Origin: a virus
Lineage: Duplodnaviria > Caudoviricetes
Length of the DNA stretch: 64,000 nucleotides
Reading direction: 5' to 3' (one strand)
IMG/VR virus record: IMGVR_UViG_3300014204_000151
Location: 1-64,000 of that record
Shown in pieces: positions 18,671-27,719 of this stretch. The translations under genes were made by a program, and so were the position numbers. Each line of letters begins with the position of its first letter. Within the stretch, counting starts at the first letter, position 1. The notes below the pieces were generated by a model. The model did no database searches. It had not been told where the DNA came from and saw only the letters and a list, made by a program, of their open reading frames with translations.

Positions 18671-19951
18671 ATGAATAATCAAATTCAATTATTTTTAGGA
18701 GATAATAGAGAAGTGTTGAAAACTTTGGAAGACAATTCTGTTGACTCTGTGGTTTGCGACCCTCCGTATGAAATCGGGTTTATGACTAAAGGGTGGGATA
18801 ATACTGGTATTGCATATGATGTTAATTTATGGAAAGAAGTATTGAGAGTATTAAAACCCGGCGGTCATTTATTAGCATTTAGTTCTAATAGAACTTATCG
18901 TAGAATGGTTTGTTCTATTGAAGATTCTGGATTTGAAATTAGAGATATGATTAATTGGATTTTTGCCACAGGATTTCCAAAAAGTTTAAACATAGGCAAA
19001 GCAATTGATAAATTACAAGGAAATAAAAGAGAAATTATCGGCAAAGGAACTTCAGGTAAACCAGAGAGCCATGCTTCAAGTTTAAATATGAGCCAAGTTG
19101 AAAATAATACTTTTGGTGGAAAATTTGAGGTAACTAAAGGCTCTTCCGAATGGGAGGGATGGGGAACTGCTTTGAAACCCGCACATGAACCTATTGTTCT
19201 TGCTCGTAAACCTTTATCAGAAAAAACGGTAGCATTAAATGTTTTGAAATGGGGAGTTGGAGGAATAAATATTGATGATTGTAGAATAAAACACAACGAA
19301 GAAACAAAAACTACAAAACGTAAAAATCGTTCAGATGATACAACTTTTAATAATAAATCCTGTGGATTTAAAAGTGAGAATTTAGATTTAGCAAGTGCTA
19401 ATGCAACCGGAAGATTTCCTGCAAATTTAATTCACGATGGTTCTGAAGAAGTTGTTGAGTTATTTCCTAATAGTAATGGTAGTGGAAATCCTCGAAAATT
19501 AAAAAGAAGTGCAAAACCCAATCAAGAGGGTTGGGGGATGAATAAAAATAATCCTGACGAGGTAGAATTATTGGGTGCGGGTAAAGGCTCTGCTTCCAGA
19601 TTTTTTTACTGTGCTAAATGTTCTTCAAGTGAAAGAAATGAAGGATTAAATGAATTTGAAGAAAAACAAGTAAATGATGGTAGAAATAAACTGCCAGATA
19701 ATGCGCTTCAAAGAGGAAAGTCTTTTCGAAAGAATACACACCCTACAGTTAAGCCTATTACTTTAATGAAATATTTAATCACATTAGTTACTCCTAAGAA
19801 TGGTATTGTATTAGACCCCTTTGCAGGAAGTTGCAGTACTGGCGTTGCTTGTAAAATATTAGGGAAAAAATTTATTGGTATAGAATTGAATAAAGAATAT
19901 TTAGATATGGGTATGGCACGAATTAAAGGATGTAATAATGAAAAAAAATAA
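18671..19951 (+). CDS. amino-DNA methyltransferase (beta class)
   Basis: Own RBS AGGAG before ATG18671; VCDPPY, HPTVKPITLM, VLDPFAGS. Confidence 0.9.
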   Translation: MNNQIQLFLGDNREVLKTLEDNSVDSVVCDPPYEIGFMTKGWDNTGIAYDVNLWKEVLRVLKPGGHLLAFSSNRTYRRMVCSIEDSGFEIRDMINWIFATGFPKSLNIGKAIDKLQGNKREIIGKGTSGKPESHASSLNMSQVENNTFGGKFEVTKGSSEWEGWGTALKPAHEPIVLARKPLSEKTVALNVLKWGVGGINIDDCRIKHNEETKTTKRKNRSDDTTFNNKSCGFKSENLDLASANATGRFPANLIHDGSEEVVELFPNSNGSGNPRKLKRSAKPNQEGWGMNKNNPDEVELLGAGKGSASRFFYCAKCSSSERNEGLNEFEEKQVNDGRNKLPDNALQRGKSFRKNTHPTVKPITLMKYLITLVTPKNGIVLDPFAGSCSTGVACKILGKKFIGIELNKEYLDMGMARIKGCNNEKK

Positions 19952-20297
19952 CAATTATTTTAAAAAAGGGAATTCCCCTTGGAATAAGAATATAAAAGGT
20001 ATTCATCTTAGTAAAAAATCAGAATGGAAAAAGGGGCAATTTGGAAGAAATTGGTTACCCGTAGGAAGCATTACCAAAAGAATAGATAAAAATAATAAAT
20101 TAAGGCAATTTATTAAAATAAACGAACCAAACAAGTGGTTAGAATATTCAAGATGGTTGTGGCAGCAATATTATGGAACAATTCCCAAAGGCTATGTTAT
20201 TCATCATAAAGATAATAATACTCTTAACGATAATTTAGAAAACTTAGCGATGATTACAAGAAAAGAACATATTAATATTCATAGAAAATTATATTAA
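19938..20297 (+). CDS. HNH homing endonuclease
   Basis: IHHKDNNTLNDNLENL...H. Confidence 0.85.
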   Translation: MKKNNNYFKKGNSPWNKNIKGIHLSKKSEWKKGQFGRNWLPVGSITKRIDKNNKLRQFIKINEPNKWLEYSRWLWQQYYGTIPKGYVIHHKDNNTLNDNLENLAMITRKEHINIHRKLY

Positions 20298-20342
20298 AAT
20301 AGCAAGTGAAAGAATTAAAAATACAAAGATAGGAGAATAATT

Positions 20343-20911
20343 ATGAGTAAAAAATATAATATTATTTATGCCGATCCTCCTTGGAGTTATAATGATAAGA
20401 TGTCAGGTCATAGTTTTTCTTTAGATCATGAGTATATAACGCAAAAAAAACGTGGATACAAGAATTGCCAATAGAAAAAATAGCCGATAAAGACTGTGTT
20501 TTATTTTTGTGGGTGGTAAGTCCGATGTTGGACGAGGGAATCGAAACATTAAAATCTTGGAGATTTAAGTATAAGACTTTAGCTTTTGTGTGGAGCAAAC
20601 ATACTAAAAATCATAAAAAAGTTAGTAATCTGGGAAGATGGACAATGGGAAATGTTGAATTGTGTTTATTGGGAGTTAAGGGTCATCCTAAAAGAATATG
20701 TAAAAACATTAAACAATTGGTAGAAGCGGAAAGAACTAAACATTCAAAAAAACCAGATATTATTAGAGATAGAATAGTGAAACTTATGGGAGATTTGCCT
20801 CGTATAGAATTATTCGCAAGGCAAAAAACGGATGGATGGGATTGTTTAGGTAATGAAATTGATGGAAAAGATATTCAAACTGCTTTAGAAGAAATAATAA
20901 AAAATGACTAA
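20343..20911 (+). pseudogene. MT-A70 family adenine methyltransferase split by a frameshift in an A8 run (20443-20450)
   Basis: Frame 1 MSKKYNIIYADPPWSY...; frame 2 ...WIQELPIEKIADKDCVLFLW...HSKKP...ELFAR. Confidence 0.8.
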
Positions 20912-21113
20912 ACATAAATACGTAACTTCAAAACAGCTTAAAGACCAACAACGAGAAATAAAAAAATCATATCGTTGGTGGAAAGAAATAGAATTAAAGT
21001 GTTCTATTTGCAAGAGAGAATTTACTGTTAATACAACAAGACCGGAAATGTATACGAAAGAAGTTAGGGATAATATAACTTGTGCATTTTGTACAAAAAA
21101 GGAGGAAAAATGA
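20904..21113 (+). CDS. small CxxC-CxxC protein, copy 1
   Basis: KKSYRWWKEIELKCSICK; paralog of 21837-22079. Confidence 0.75.
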   Translation: MTKHKYVTSKQLKDQQREIKKSYRWWKEIELKCSICKREFTVNTTRPEMYTKEVRDNITCAFCTKKEEK

Positions 21114-21355
21114 TTACAGTAGTAAGAATGAATCGGATTACCACAGGAAAGACTCAGGCATTTGTTACAGTTAATTATTACGGAATGATAATAAAAGGAT
21201 TGAAGGTAATAAAAGCTTTAGGTGAACCATTTGTTAGTTATCCTGATGAAAAAGGAAAAGATGGAAAGTATCACGAAACAGTTTTTCCTGCTGACCAAAC
21301 TGCTAAATTTGAATTGGAAAGTGTAATATTAAACTATTATAAGGAGAACAAGTGA
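21110..21355 (+). CDS. SpoVG-family nucleic-acid-binding protein, copy 1
   Basis: GGAGG RBS; AFVTV...IIKGLKV...FVSYP..KGKDGKYHETVFP. Confidence 0.8.
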   Translation: MITVVRMNRITTGKTQAFVTVNYYGMIIKGLKVIKALGEPFVSYPDEKGKDGKYHETVFPADQTAKFELESVILNYYKENK

Positions 21356-21840
21356 TAGTACCAAAATTTACTTATTTAAAACAACCACTAAATAAATACA
21401 CTTTTAAAGCCCCTAAAATAAGAGAATGGGTTGAGGATCGGTGTAAGGGATATACTCTTAATTTATTTGCTGGATATACTAAATTAAAAATTGATGAATT
21501 AAGAAATGATTTAGACGAAAAAGCTCCGGCAGATTTTCACATTGATGCTTATGATTTTGTTAGTGGATATAGTGGAATAAAATTCGATACTATATTATTA
21601 GATTCTCCTTATAGTTATCGTAAGTCAATGGAACTCTATGAAAATAGGAGGGTTAGTAAATTTTGTTTAATTGCAGATGAGATACCTAAGATATTATCTT
21701 CTAAGGGAATAGTGATAACCTTCGGGTATCATAGTGTTTATGAAGGAAAAAAGAGAGGATTTATATTAGAAGAAATATTATTGATTGGTCATGGTGGAGC
21801 GCAACACGATACTATTGCTATAATAGAAAGAAGAATATGA
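21352..21840 (+). CDS. minimal adenine methyltransferase-like protein
   Basis: LNLFAG (SAM motif), ILLDSPYS (DPPY variant). Confidence 0.65.
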   Translation: MIVPKFTYLKQPLNKYTFKAPKIREWVEDRCKGYTLNLFAGYTKLKIDELRNDLDEKAPADFHIDAYDFVSGYSGIKFDTILLDSPYSYRKSMELYENRRVSKFCLIADEIPKILSSKGIVITFGYHSVYEGKKRGFILEEILLIGHGGAQHDTIAIIERRI

Positions 21841-22079
21841 AACAAAAATTCATTACAAGAAAGCAATTAAAAGACGAGCAGAAAAAAATAAAAAAGTCTT
21901 ATCGTTGGTGGACTGAAATAGAATTAACTTGTTCTATTTGTAAAAGAATATTTATTGTAAATACAACTCAACCAAATATTTATACAAAGGAGGTAAAAGA
22001 TAAAACGATTTGTTTGCTATGTAAAAGTAAAAAAGAGAAAATTATAAATAAAACAAAAAAGGAGGAACAAAATGATTAA
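21837..22079 (+). CDS. small CxxC-CxxC protein, copy 2
   Basis: KKSYRWWTEIELTCSICK. Confidence 0.75.
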   Translation: MKQKFITRKQLKDEQKKIKKSYRWWTEIELTCSICKRIFIVNTTQPNIYTKEVKDKTICLLCKSKKEKIINKTKKEEQND

Positions 22080-22320
22080 AGTTGTGAGAATGAATACGTT
22101 TGAGAACTCGGTTACAAAGGCATTTGTTGATATTAACTTTAACTCTATTATTATAAAGGGTTTGAGAGTTGTAGAAGGAAAAAAGGGATTGTTTATTGCA
22201 TATCCTTCAGAAAAAGATAAGTCTGGTAAATATTATGATACCGTTATTCCTGCGACACAAACGGTTAAAATTGAAATTGAAGATGTAGTATTAGCATATT
22301 ACAAGGAGAATACAAAATGA
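22072..22320 (+). CDS. SpoVG-family protein, copy 2
   Basis: KAFVDI...IIKGLRVVEGKKGLFIAYPS..DKSGKYYDTVIP. Confidence 0.85.
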   Translation: MIKVVRMNTFENSVTKAFVDINFNSIIIKGLRVVEGKKGLFIAYPSEKDKSGKYYDTVIPATQTVKIEIEDVVLAYYKENTK

Positions 22321-22589
22321 AAGAATTATGCCGAGGAGTGTTGGTTGTGATATTATACCCGATTATTGCTGTTTTGGGGTTATTAGATGTAATAAGATCC
22401 TTGGGAAGCTCTTCTGGATGTTTCTTAGAGGATTATTGGAGTAAAAAATTTATGGAAAAAATTTTAGGAGAATAAAATGATAATTTATTTTTATCGACTA
22501 ATTGAGCCGGATTTCGGGATTCATGTTTTTGAAGATGGATTTGAGATTGCTTTAATTTGGTTTAATTTTCTTGTTGACTGGAGAGAATA

Positions 22590-23219
22590 ATGCAGAAATT
22601 AAATATATCTTTAATTGAAAAAAAATTAGGTAAGACTATACGACAAAATGCAGTCTCAGTTGGGATTGATGTTGCTGAGAATTTGACTGGAGTCGCTTTG
22701 CTTCGTACAGATAAAGAATATATTTATGTTGATTATACTGATGTTATTGCAAGTAATTTAAAAGATGACCATTTTCATAGGGCAGATGATTTTGTCAGTT
22801 CATTAGAAAAATTTAAGCAGATATTAAATAAATATAATGGATACAAAGTACTATGTATTGAGCGTTGTTTTTATGGAGTCAATCCAGAAATTTTAATACA
22901 TTTGGCTCATTTTGGAATTTTGGCTTATGCTATTTTAAAAAAAGAGTTTGATTCTTGGCATTATTTGGGGGCAACATCAGCTCGCTCGTTAATTGGGTTT
23001 AACCAAAAAAGACAAGAGCAGAACTGTACTATTAAACCAACTTATTATACGAGAGATACTAAAGATGCTAAGGGAAAATTAAAACATAAGAAAGGTGAAG
23101 CGAAAAAGATTGATTGTAAATCATTAGTACACAACTACTTAAAGACTGATTTTGGAGTGGAGTTTGATAGTAAAGACATTGCAGATGGTTGGGTTTTGGC
23201 TATGGCTGGATTGTTGTAA
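22590..23219 (+). CDS. RuvC-like resolvase (RNase H fold)
   Basis: VGIDVA..TGVA, CIER, DIADGWVLA. Confidence 0.75.
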   Translation: MQKLNISLIEKKLGKTIRQNAVSVGIDVAENLTGVALLRTDKEYIYVDYTDVIASNLKDDHFHRADDFVSSLEKFKQILNKYNGYKVLCIERCFYGVNPEILIHLAHFGILAYAILKKEFDSWHYLGATSARSLIGFNQKRQEQNCTIKPTYYTRDTKDAKGKLKHKKGEAKKIDCKSLVHNYLKTDFGVEFDSKDIADGWVLAMAGLL

Positions 23220-23223
23220 GGGG

Positions 23224-23244
23224 AATAATATTATATGCTATACT
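23224..23244 (+). promoter_or_regulatory. phage promoter motif copy
   Basis: AATAATATTATATGCTATACT-TATAGT. Confidence 0.85.
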
Positions 23245-23264
23245 TATAGTGAGGAGAGCGAGTT

Positions 23265-23484
23265 ATGTGGAAGGTTATAATTGAAAGAGTATATAATGGA
23301 TTTAAAGTAGATTTTCGTGGTAACGGGGGAGACCAATCGTTATTTGGTGTATCAAGAAAAAGCCGGAGTTGATGAAAATAAAGAGCATATAGTTGAAATG
23401 TTCTATGATATTTTAGAACATTTTGGAGAATTTGGTTCTAAACGCGATGAAAAAAGATTATTTGTAGAATGGAGGAAACAATGA
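23265..23484 (+). pseudogene. hypothetical gene with a frameshift in a G5 run (23325-23329)
   Basis: Removing one G joins MWKVIIERVYNGFKVDFRGNG to ETNRYLVYQEK...EWRKQ, ending in an ATGA overlap. Confidence 0.55.
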
Positions 23485-23666
23485 GTAAAAAAATAAAAGA
23501 AGAAAAGTATGAGGTAACATTCAAGGGATTTCTTTCTACTATAATAGATAATGATACCTCTGAGAGGATTTGTAGAGAGATTGAGTTGTATGGATACCGA
23601 AACAATAAAAACGCAATTTTAATTGATAAAGGTGGGTTTAGTTTTGTTCATGTAGAAAAGGAGTAA
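23481..23666 (+). CDS. hypothetical protein
   Basis: GGAGG RBS, ATG23481. Confidence 0.6.
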   Translation: MSKKIKEEKYEVTFKGFLSTIIDNDTSERICREIELYGYRNNKNAILIDKGGFSFVHVEKE

Positions 23667-23669
23667 ACT

Positions 23670-24554
23670 ATGCAAAAAATACTTCAAGCTCTTGCAATAA
23701 TTGTACTTGTGATTGGTTTTACACTTAATGGATTTGTTGTTAATACCATTTATAAAGAGCTTGGGTATCTTACTGAGCAAATGATGTTACTTACTTATCA
23801 ACAAGAGAAGTTTCAAAAAGAAGTAGCACAAAGTATTGTTCGTGATATACAAATAGTAAAAGGAGTTTCTAATTTAAGAGAATCTTTAGAGATACGTTCT
23901 AAGTTTTTGCAACAATACTCAGAAAAATTAGTATTAAATTCTGAATTAAAAAATGAAATTAAGCAAGCAAAAAATAAGTGGATGGAATATAAATTTGCTA
24001 TGACTAATGTGTTGATTATAAATACAATAAAAAAATCAAGAGGAAGTGGAACTGCTATTAAGTATAATGGAAAATTTTATATTATTTCTGCTGGACATTT
24101 AGTTGATAAAGTTACAGATAAATTAGTAATGGTATCAGATGAACAAGTTATTTGCAATTTAAAAGTTGTAAAGGCTGATAAAAAGAGTGATTTATTGTTA
24201 TTGGAGCCGAGTAGAAAAGATATTGTTCCTACTTATTGGATAGATTTGGCAAGACAAGAACCATTTAAAACAGAAAAAATTTATGTTATAGGTAATCCTT
24301 CCGGGGTAGAAGATATTTTATCAGAAGGAAGAGTGATTGGATATGACAAAGAGTCTTTTTATTTTACCGGCATTAGCTACTTTGGGGCTTCTGGTGGTGG
24401 AATATTAAATAGTAATGGTGAATTAGCGGGTGTAATTTCTTTTATGAAGGTAGTTAATCCATTTGGGGTATCTATTACCTCAGTTCCTTCTTTTGTATTG
24501 AATGGGGCAATTAGGTTGCAAGAAATCTATAAATTTTTGGAAGGAGTAAAATAA
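23670..24554 (+). CDS. membrane-anchored trypsin-like serine protease
   Basis: N-terminal TM segment, coiled region, SAGH, DLLLL, GNP, GASGGG. Confidence 0.85.
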   Translation: MQKILQALAIIVLVIGFTLNGFVVNTIYKELGYLTEQMMLLTYQQEKFQKEVAQSIVRDIQIVKGVSNLRESLEIRSKFLQQYSEKLVLNSELKNEIKQAKNKWMEYKFAMTNVLIINTIKKSRGSGTAIKYNGKFYIISAGHLVDKVTDKLVMVSDEQVICNLKVVKADKKSDLLLLEPSRKDIVPTYWIDLARQEPFKTEKIYVIGNPSGVEDILSEGRVIGYDKESFYFTGISYFGASGGGILNSNGELAGVISFMKVVNPFGVSITSVPSFVLNGAIRLQEIYKFLEGVK

Positions 24555-24692
24555 TGTATATTTCAGAAAGTACATTAAATGTAATAAAAATTACTTTAAT
24601 TCTATCGGGAGCTTTTTGTGTATGTTTCATTGATTTAATCATAATAGAATTTGCCAAGTTCTTGACCAAATTAATAAATAAAGGGGATAAAA

Positions 24693-24950
24693 ATGAGTAG
24701 AGGAGAATTGAAAGTAAACGAGCCGCATCCTTCAGCATTTAGAGCAAAAGAATATTTATTTTCTTTAGGGGTTGAAAAATTGTTTGTTTATCAATCATCC
24801 TATTCTTCTTGTGCTATTGAAGGAAATAGACTTGCTGAGATATGTTCAGAAACCCTGAGTCGTTTATTAAGTGGAAAGACGGTTAGTGATAGATATTTAT
24901 TAGGTCTAGCTTGGTCGATAAGAGAAATGGAGGATAATCGTGAGAATTGA
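24693..24950 (+). CDS. phage hypothetical protein
   Basis: 85 aa, AIEGNRLAEIC...VSDRYLLGLAW. Confidence 0.65.
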   Translation: MSRGELKVNEPHPSAFRAKEYLFSLGVEKLFVYQSSYSSCAIEGNRLAEICSETLSRLLSGKTVSDRYLLGLAWSIREMEDNREN

Positions 24951-25179
24951 AGAGATAGTGTTCGAGGCTATTGATAATCATTTTTTTCTTGATGAAATAA
25001 CTCCAGATTTAAAAATTAAGAATGTTATTGTTGATTTTAACAATCAATGGGGAAAGGTGCTTGATGATATTGAAGCAGAAACCGATGTTCATATTTCAGA
25101 TCAAGAATTTAAAGAAATGGAAACCGTTCAGGATATAATCAATTTTGTAAACCAAGACTTGATGGGAGGTTTGAATTAA
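24940..25179 (+). CDS. acyl-carrier-protein-like protein lacking the DSL serine
   Basis: ITPD...IEAETDVHISDQEFKEMETVQDIINFV; acidic; DFNNQ where ACP has DSLD. Confidence 0.65.
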   Translation: MRIEEIVFEAIDNHFFLDEITPDLKIKNVIVDFNNQWGKVLDDIEAETDVHISDQEFKEMETVQDIINFVNQDLMGGLN

Positions 25180-25406
25180 TGGCTGATAAATTGGTAGAAA
25201 AAATAAAGAAACTAAATGAGATTTATCAGAGTATGCGAGATAATTATTCTGCATTAAAAAAGATGTTTAAGAATCATAGCTCAATAAAACAGAAAATAAT
25301 TTTAAGTGAAGAAATTCTAATGCAGGTATATGGATTAATTGGAGAAAAGTTAGAAGAAGTTGAAACAAAAAGGGAATTTAATAAAATAATGAAAGGAATA
25401 AAATAA
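25179..25406 (+). CDS. helical hypothetical protein
   Basis: GGAGG RBS, 75 aa. Confidence 0.6.
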   Translation: MADKLVEKIKKLNEIYQSMRDNYSALKKMFKNHSSIKQKIILSEEILMQVYGLIGEKLEEVETKREFNKIMKGIK

Positions 25407-26134
25407 TGACAAAGTGTGTTGACTGTGGGCAATCACTGAGTTTGTCTGCCAAATATAGCGGAGCTAAAAGATGTAAGAAACATGCGTCAATCCATAGGAT
25501 GCTTCATATAAATTATAAAGGCAAAAACAATCCTAATTATACCCACGGGGAGTCTCTAAAAAAGCACTGCTGTATTGTTTGTAAGCGTAAAATCCACTGG
25601 CAGACCGCAATCACTGGGTCTGGTATGTGCCGTTCATGCTCAACAAAAAGCAGATATAAAAATAAACACGGTTCTCGCTGGCAGGGAGGAAAACCGCATT
25701 GTAAAAACTGCGGCAAAAAGATATGGTATGGACGTATTAGATGCAAGTCATGTAATACTAAAAATCGTCATGCAACCGGAAGTCTTAATAACAGGGGAGT
25801 ATTAAATGGAAATTATATTACCGGGGAGGGATGGTTTCCATATACCAAAGAGTTTACTCTGAATTTGAAAAGAACAATCCGCAGACGGGATAGCTATAAA
25901 TGTCAGAATTGTGATATGACCGAAGAAGAGCATCTTATGACTTATGGAAAAAACTTAGACATCCATCATATTGACTATTGCGGGTATAACTGCACACCAA
26001 AAAATCTAATAAGCTTGTGTCGTAAATGCAATATTCAAGCCAACTACAGTCGAGACTACTGGTTTGCATATTATACTTATATAATAGAGGAATTCAAGAA
26101 ATTCAATCAGATAATCAAAGCTGGTACGAAATAA
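25406..26134 (+). CDS. HNH endonuclease with tandem zinc-finger repeats
   Basis: CVDC..C, CIVC...CRSC, CKNC...CKSC; IRRRDSYKCQNC...IHHIDY...NLISLCRKC. Confidence 0.85.
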   Translation: MTKCVDCGQSLSLSAKYSGAKRCKKHASIHRMLHINYKGKNNPNYTHGESLKKHCCIVCKRKIHWQTAITGSGMCRSCSTKSRYKNKHGSRWQGGKPHCKNCGKKIWYGRIRCKSCNTKNRHATGSLNNRGVLNGNYITGEGWFPYTKEFTLNLKRTIRRRDSYKCQNCDMTEEEHLMTYGKNLDIHHIDYCGYNCTPKNLISLCRKCNIQANYSRDYWFAYYTYIIEEFKKFNQIIKAGTK

Positions 26135-26144
26135 AAATATAATT

Positions 26145-26939
26145 ATGTTTGAAAATAAAATTACATTATATTGTGGAGATTCTGGAGAAGTATTGAAGTC
26201 TTTTCCTGATAATTGTATTGATTTGACAGTAACTTCACCACCTTATGATAATTTAAGAAATTATCAAGGATTTTCTTTTAATTTTGAGTTGATTGCTCAA
26301 CAATTATTTAGAGTTACTAAGTCCGGTGGGGTTGTGGTTTGGGTCGTGGGAGATTCTACAATTAAGGGAAGTGAAAGCGGTACAAGCTTTAAACAAGCCT
26401 TATATTTTAAAGAAATAGGATTTAATTTGCATGATACTATGATTTATGCAAAAAATAATCCAGTTCCGCTTACTCATAATAGATATGAACAACAATTTGA
26501 ATATATGTTTATTTTGAGTAAAGGTAAACCTAAAACTTTTAATCCCCTTAAACAACCAACTCAAAAACCAGGAAATCCCGTTTCCAGGAAACGGGAAAAT
26601 AGAGAATATGATAAAGATTCTATTAGATTTAGGGACGAAATAACAATAACAAAATCTGAAAAATATAAATTTAATATTTGGTTTTATTCTATTGGTAAAC
26701 GTTTTGGTATAGGTAATAAACATTCCGCCGTTTTTCCTGAAGAATTAAGTAAAGACCATATATTATCTTGGTCAAACGAAGGAGATATTGTTTTAGACCC
26801 CTTTACTGGAAGTGGAACTACATTAAAAGTAGGATTAGAATTAAATCGTAAAGTAGTAGGAATAGAAATATCCCAAAAATATATAGATGAAATAATTATA
26901 CCAAGATTAAAACTTGTTACAAATAAGGAACAACAATGA
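26145..26939 (+). CDS. amino-DNA methyltransferase (beta class)
   Basis: VTSPPY, HSAVFP, VLDPFTGSGTT. Confidence 0.92.
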   Translation: MFENKITLYCGDSGEVLKSFPDNCIDLTVTSPPYDNLRNYQGFSFNFELIAQQLFRVTKSGGVVVWVVGDSTIKGSESGTSFKQALYFKEIGFNLHDTMIYAKNNPVPLTHNRYEQQFEYMFILSKGKPKTFNPLKQPTQKPGNPVSRKRENREYDKDSIRFRDEITITKSEKYKFNIWFYSIGKRFGIGNKHSAVFPEELSKDHILSWSNEGDIVLDPFTGSGTTLKVGLELNRKVVGIEISQKYIDEIIIPRLKLVTNKEQQ

Positions 26940-27256
26940 TCTTTATTCTAAAATACATCTTTGCTTTTGGATTAGGTTTAATAGAAAGTTTTGGTTTGCA
27001 ATTAGAAACCAAGTTTCTCCAAAAAAACTCCGAAATTCCGACTTGTATGATGATAGGATGGAATACTTTTTTATGGTTTGTAGTATTTGATTTGTCCTGG
27101 AATAGTATGGAACAATGGTGGCTCCGCTGGACGTATATTATTGGTATGGTATTAGGTGGTTTTTTCGCTATTAAGTTTGATAAAAAATTAGATGCGTTAG
27201 CTAAGTTTAAAGGCATTAAAATATCAAAAAAGAAGTATAAGAGGAAAAAGAAATGA
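26936..27256 (+). CDS. small multi-TM membrane protein (DUF2179/UPF0316-like)
   Basis: Three hydrophobic segments, YIIGMVLGGFF, basic C-terminal tail. Confidence 0.6.
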   Translation: MIFILKYIFAFGLGLIESFGLQLETKFLQKNSEIPTCMMIGWNTFLWFVVFDLSWNSMEQWWLRWTYIIGMVLGGFFAIKFDKKLDALAKFKGIKISKKKYKRKKK

Positions 27257-27392
27257 AATATCTTAAAAAAACCTTTTCAGTATTTATGACTGGCTCTTTT
27301 TATGATAAGAATTATGATAGGATATTTCATAAGTCCTGGAGAGAAAAAATTAAATTATGGTTTGATAAACTTTTAACTAAACTATTTTTAGA

Positions 27393-27719
27393 ATGATGCA
27401 AACTTTTTTATTTATCATAATCTTGGGTGTAGGAATTTTAGATGAGCTTAAATTATTTCCTCAATGGAAAAAGATTAGGAATACTAATAAATTTTCAAGC
27501 TTATCAAAAAGAACATTTATAATTTCTGTATTTAGTAAATTTATTGTATTTATCTATTCTTTGATACAACATTTATGGTTATTTTCTATTCTTTATTGTT
27601 TTGGATTGGTAAGTTCTTTTTTGGTTATTATGGAGATATATAAGAGATGTAATATTAAAAACAAAACGGTAAAGAAGTTTATATTAAAATCGTTTCATTT
27701 AAAAGGAGGAATAAAATGA
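27393..27719 (+). CDS. PQ-loop/SemiSWEET-like 3-TM protein
   Basis: LFPQWKKIRNT....LS after TM1. Confidence 0.55.
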   Translation: MMQTFLFIIILGVGILDELKLFPQWKKIRNTNKFSSLSKRTFIISVFSKFIVFIYSLIQHLWLFSILYCFGLVSSFLVIMEIYKRCNIKNKTVKKFILKSFHLKGGIK

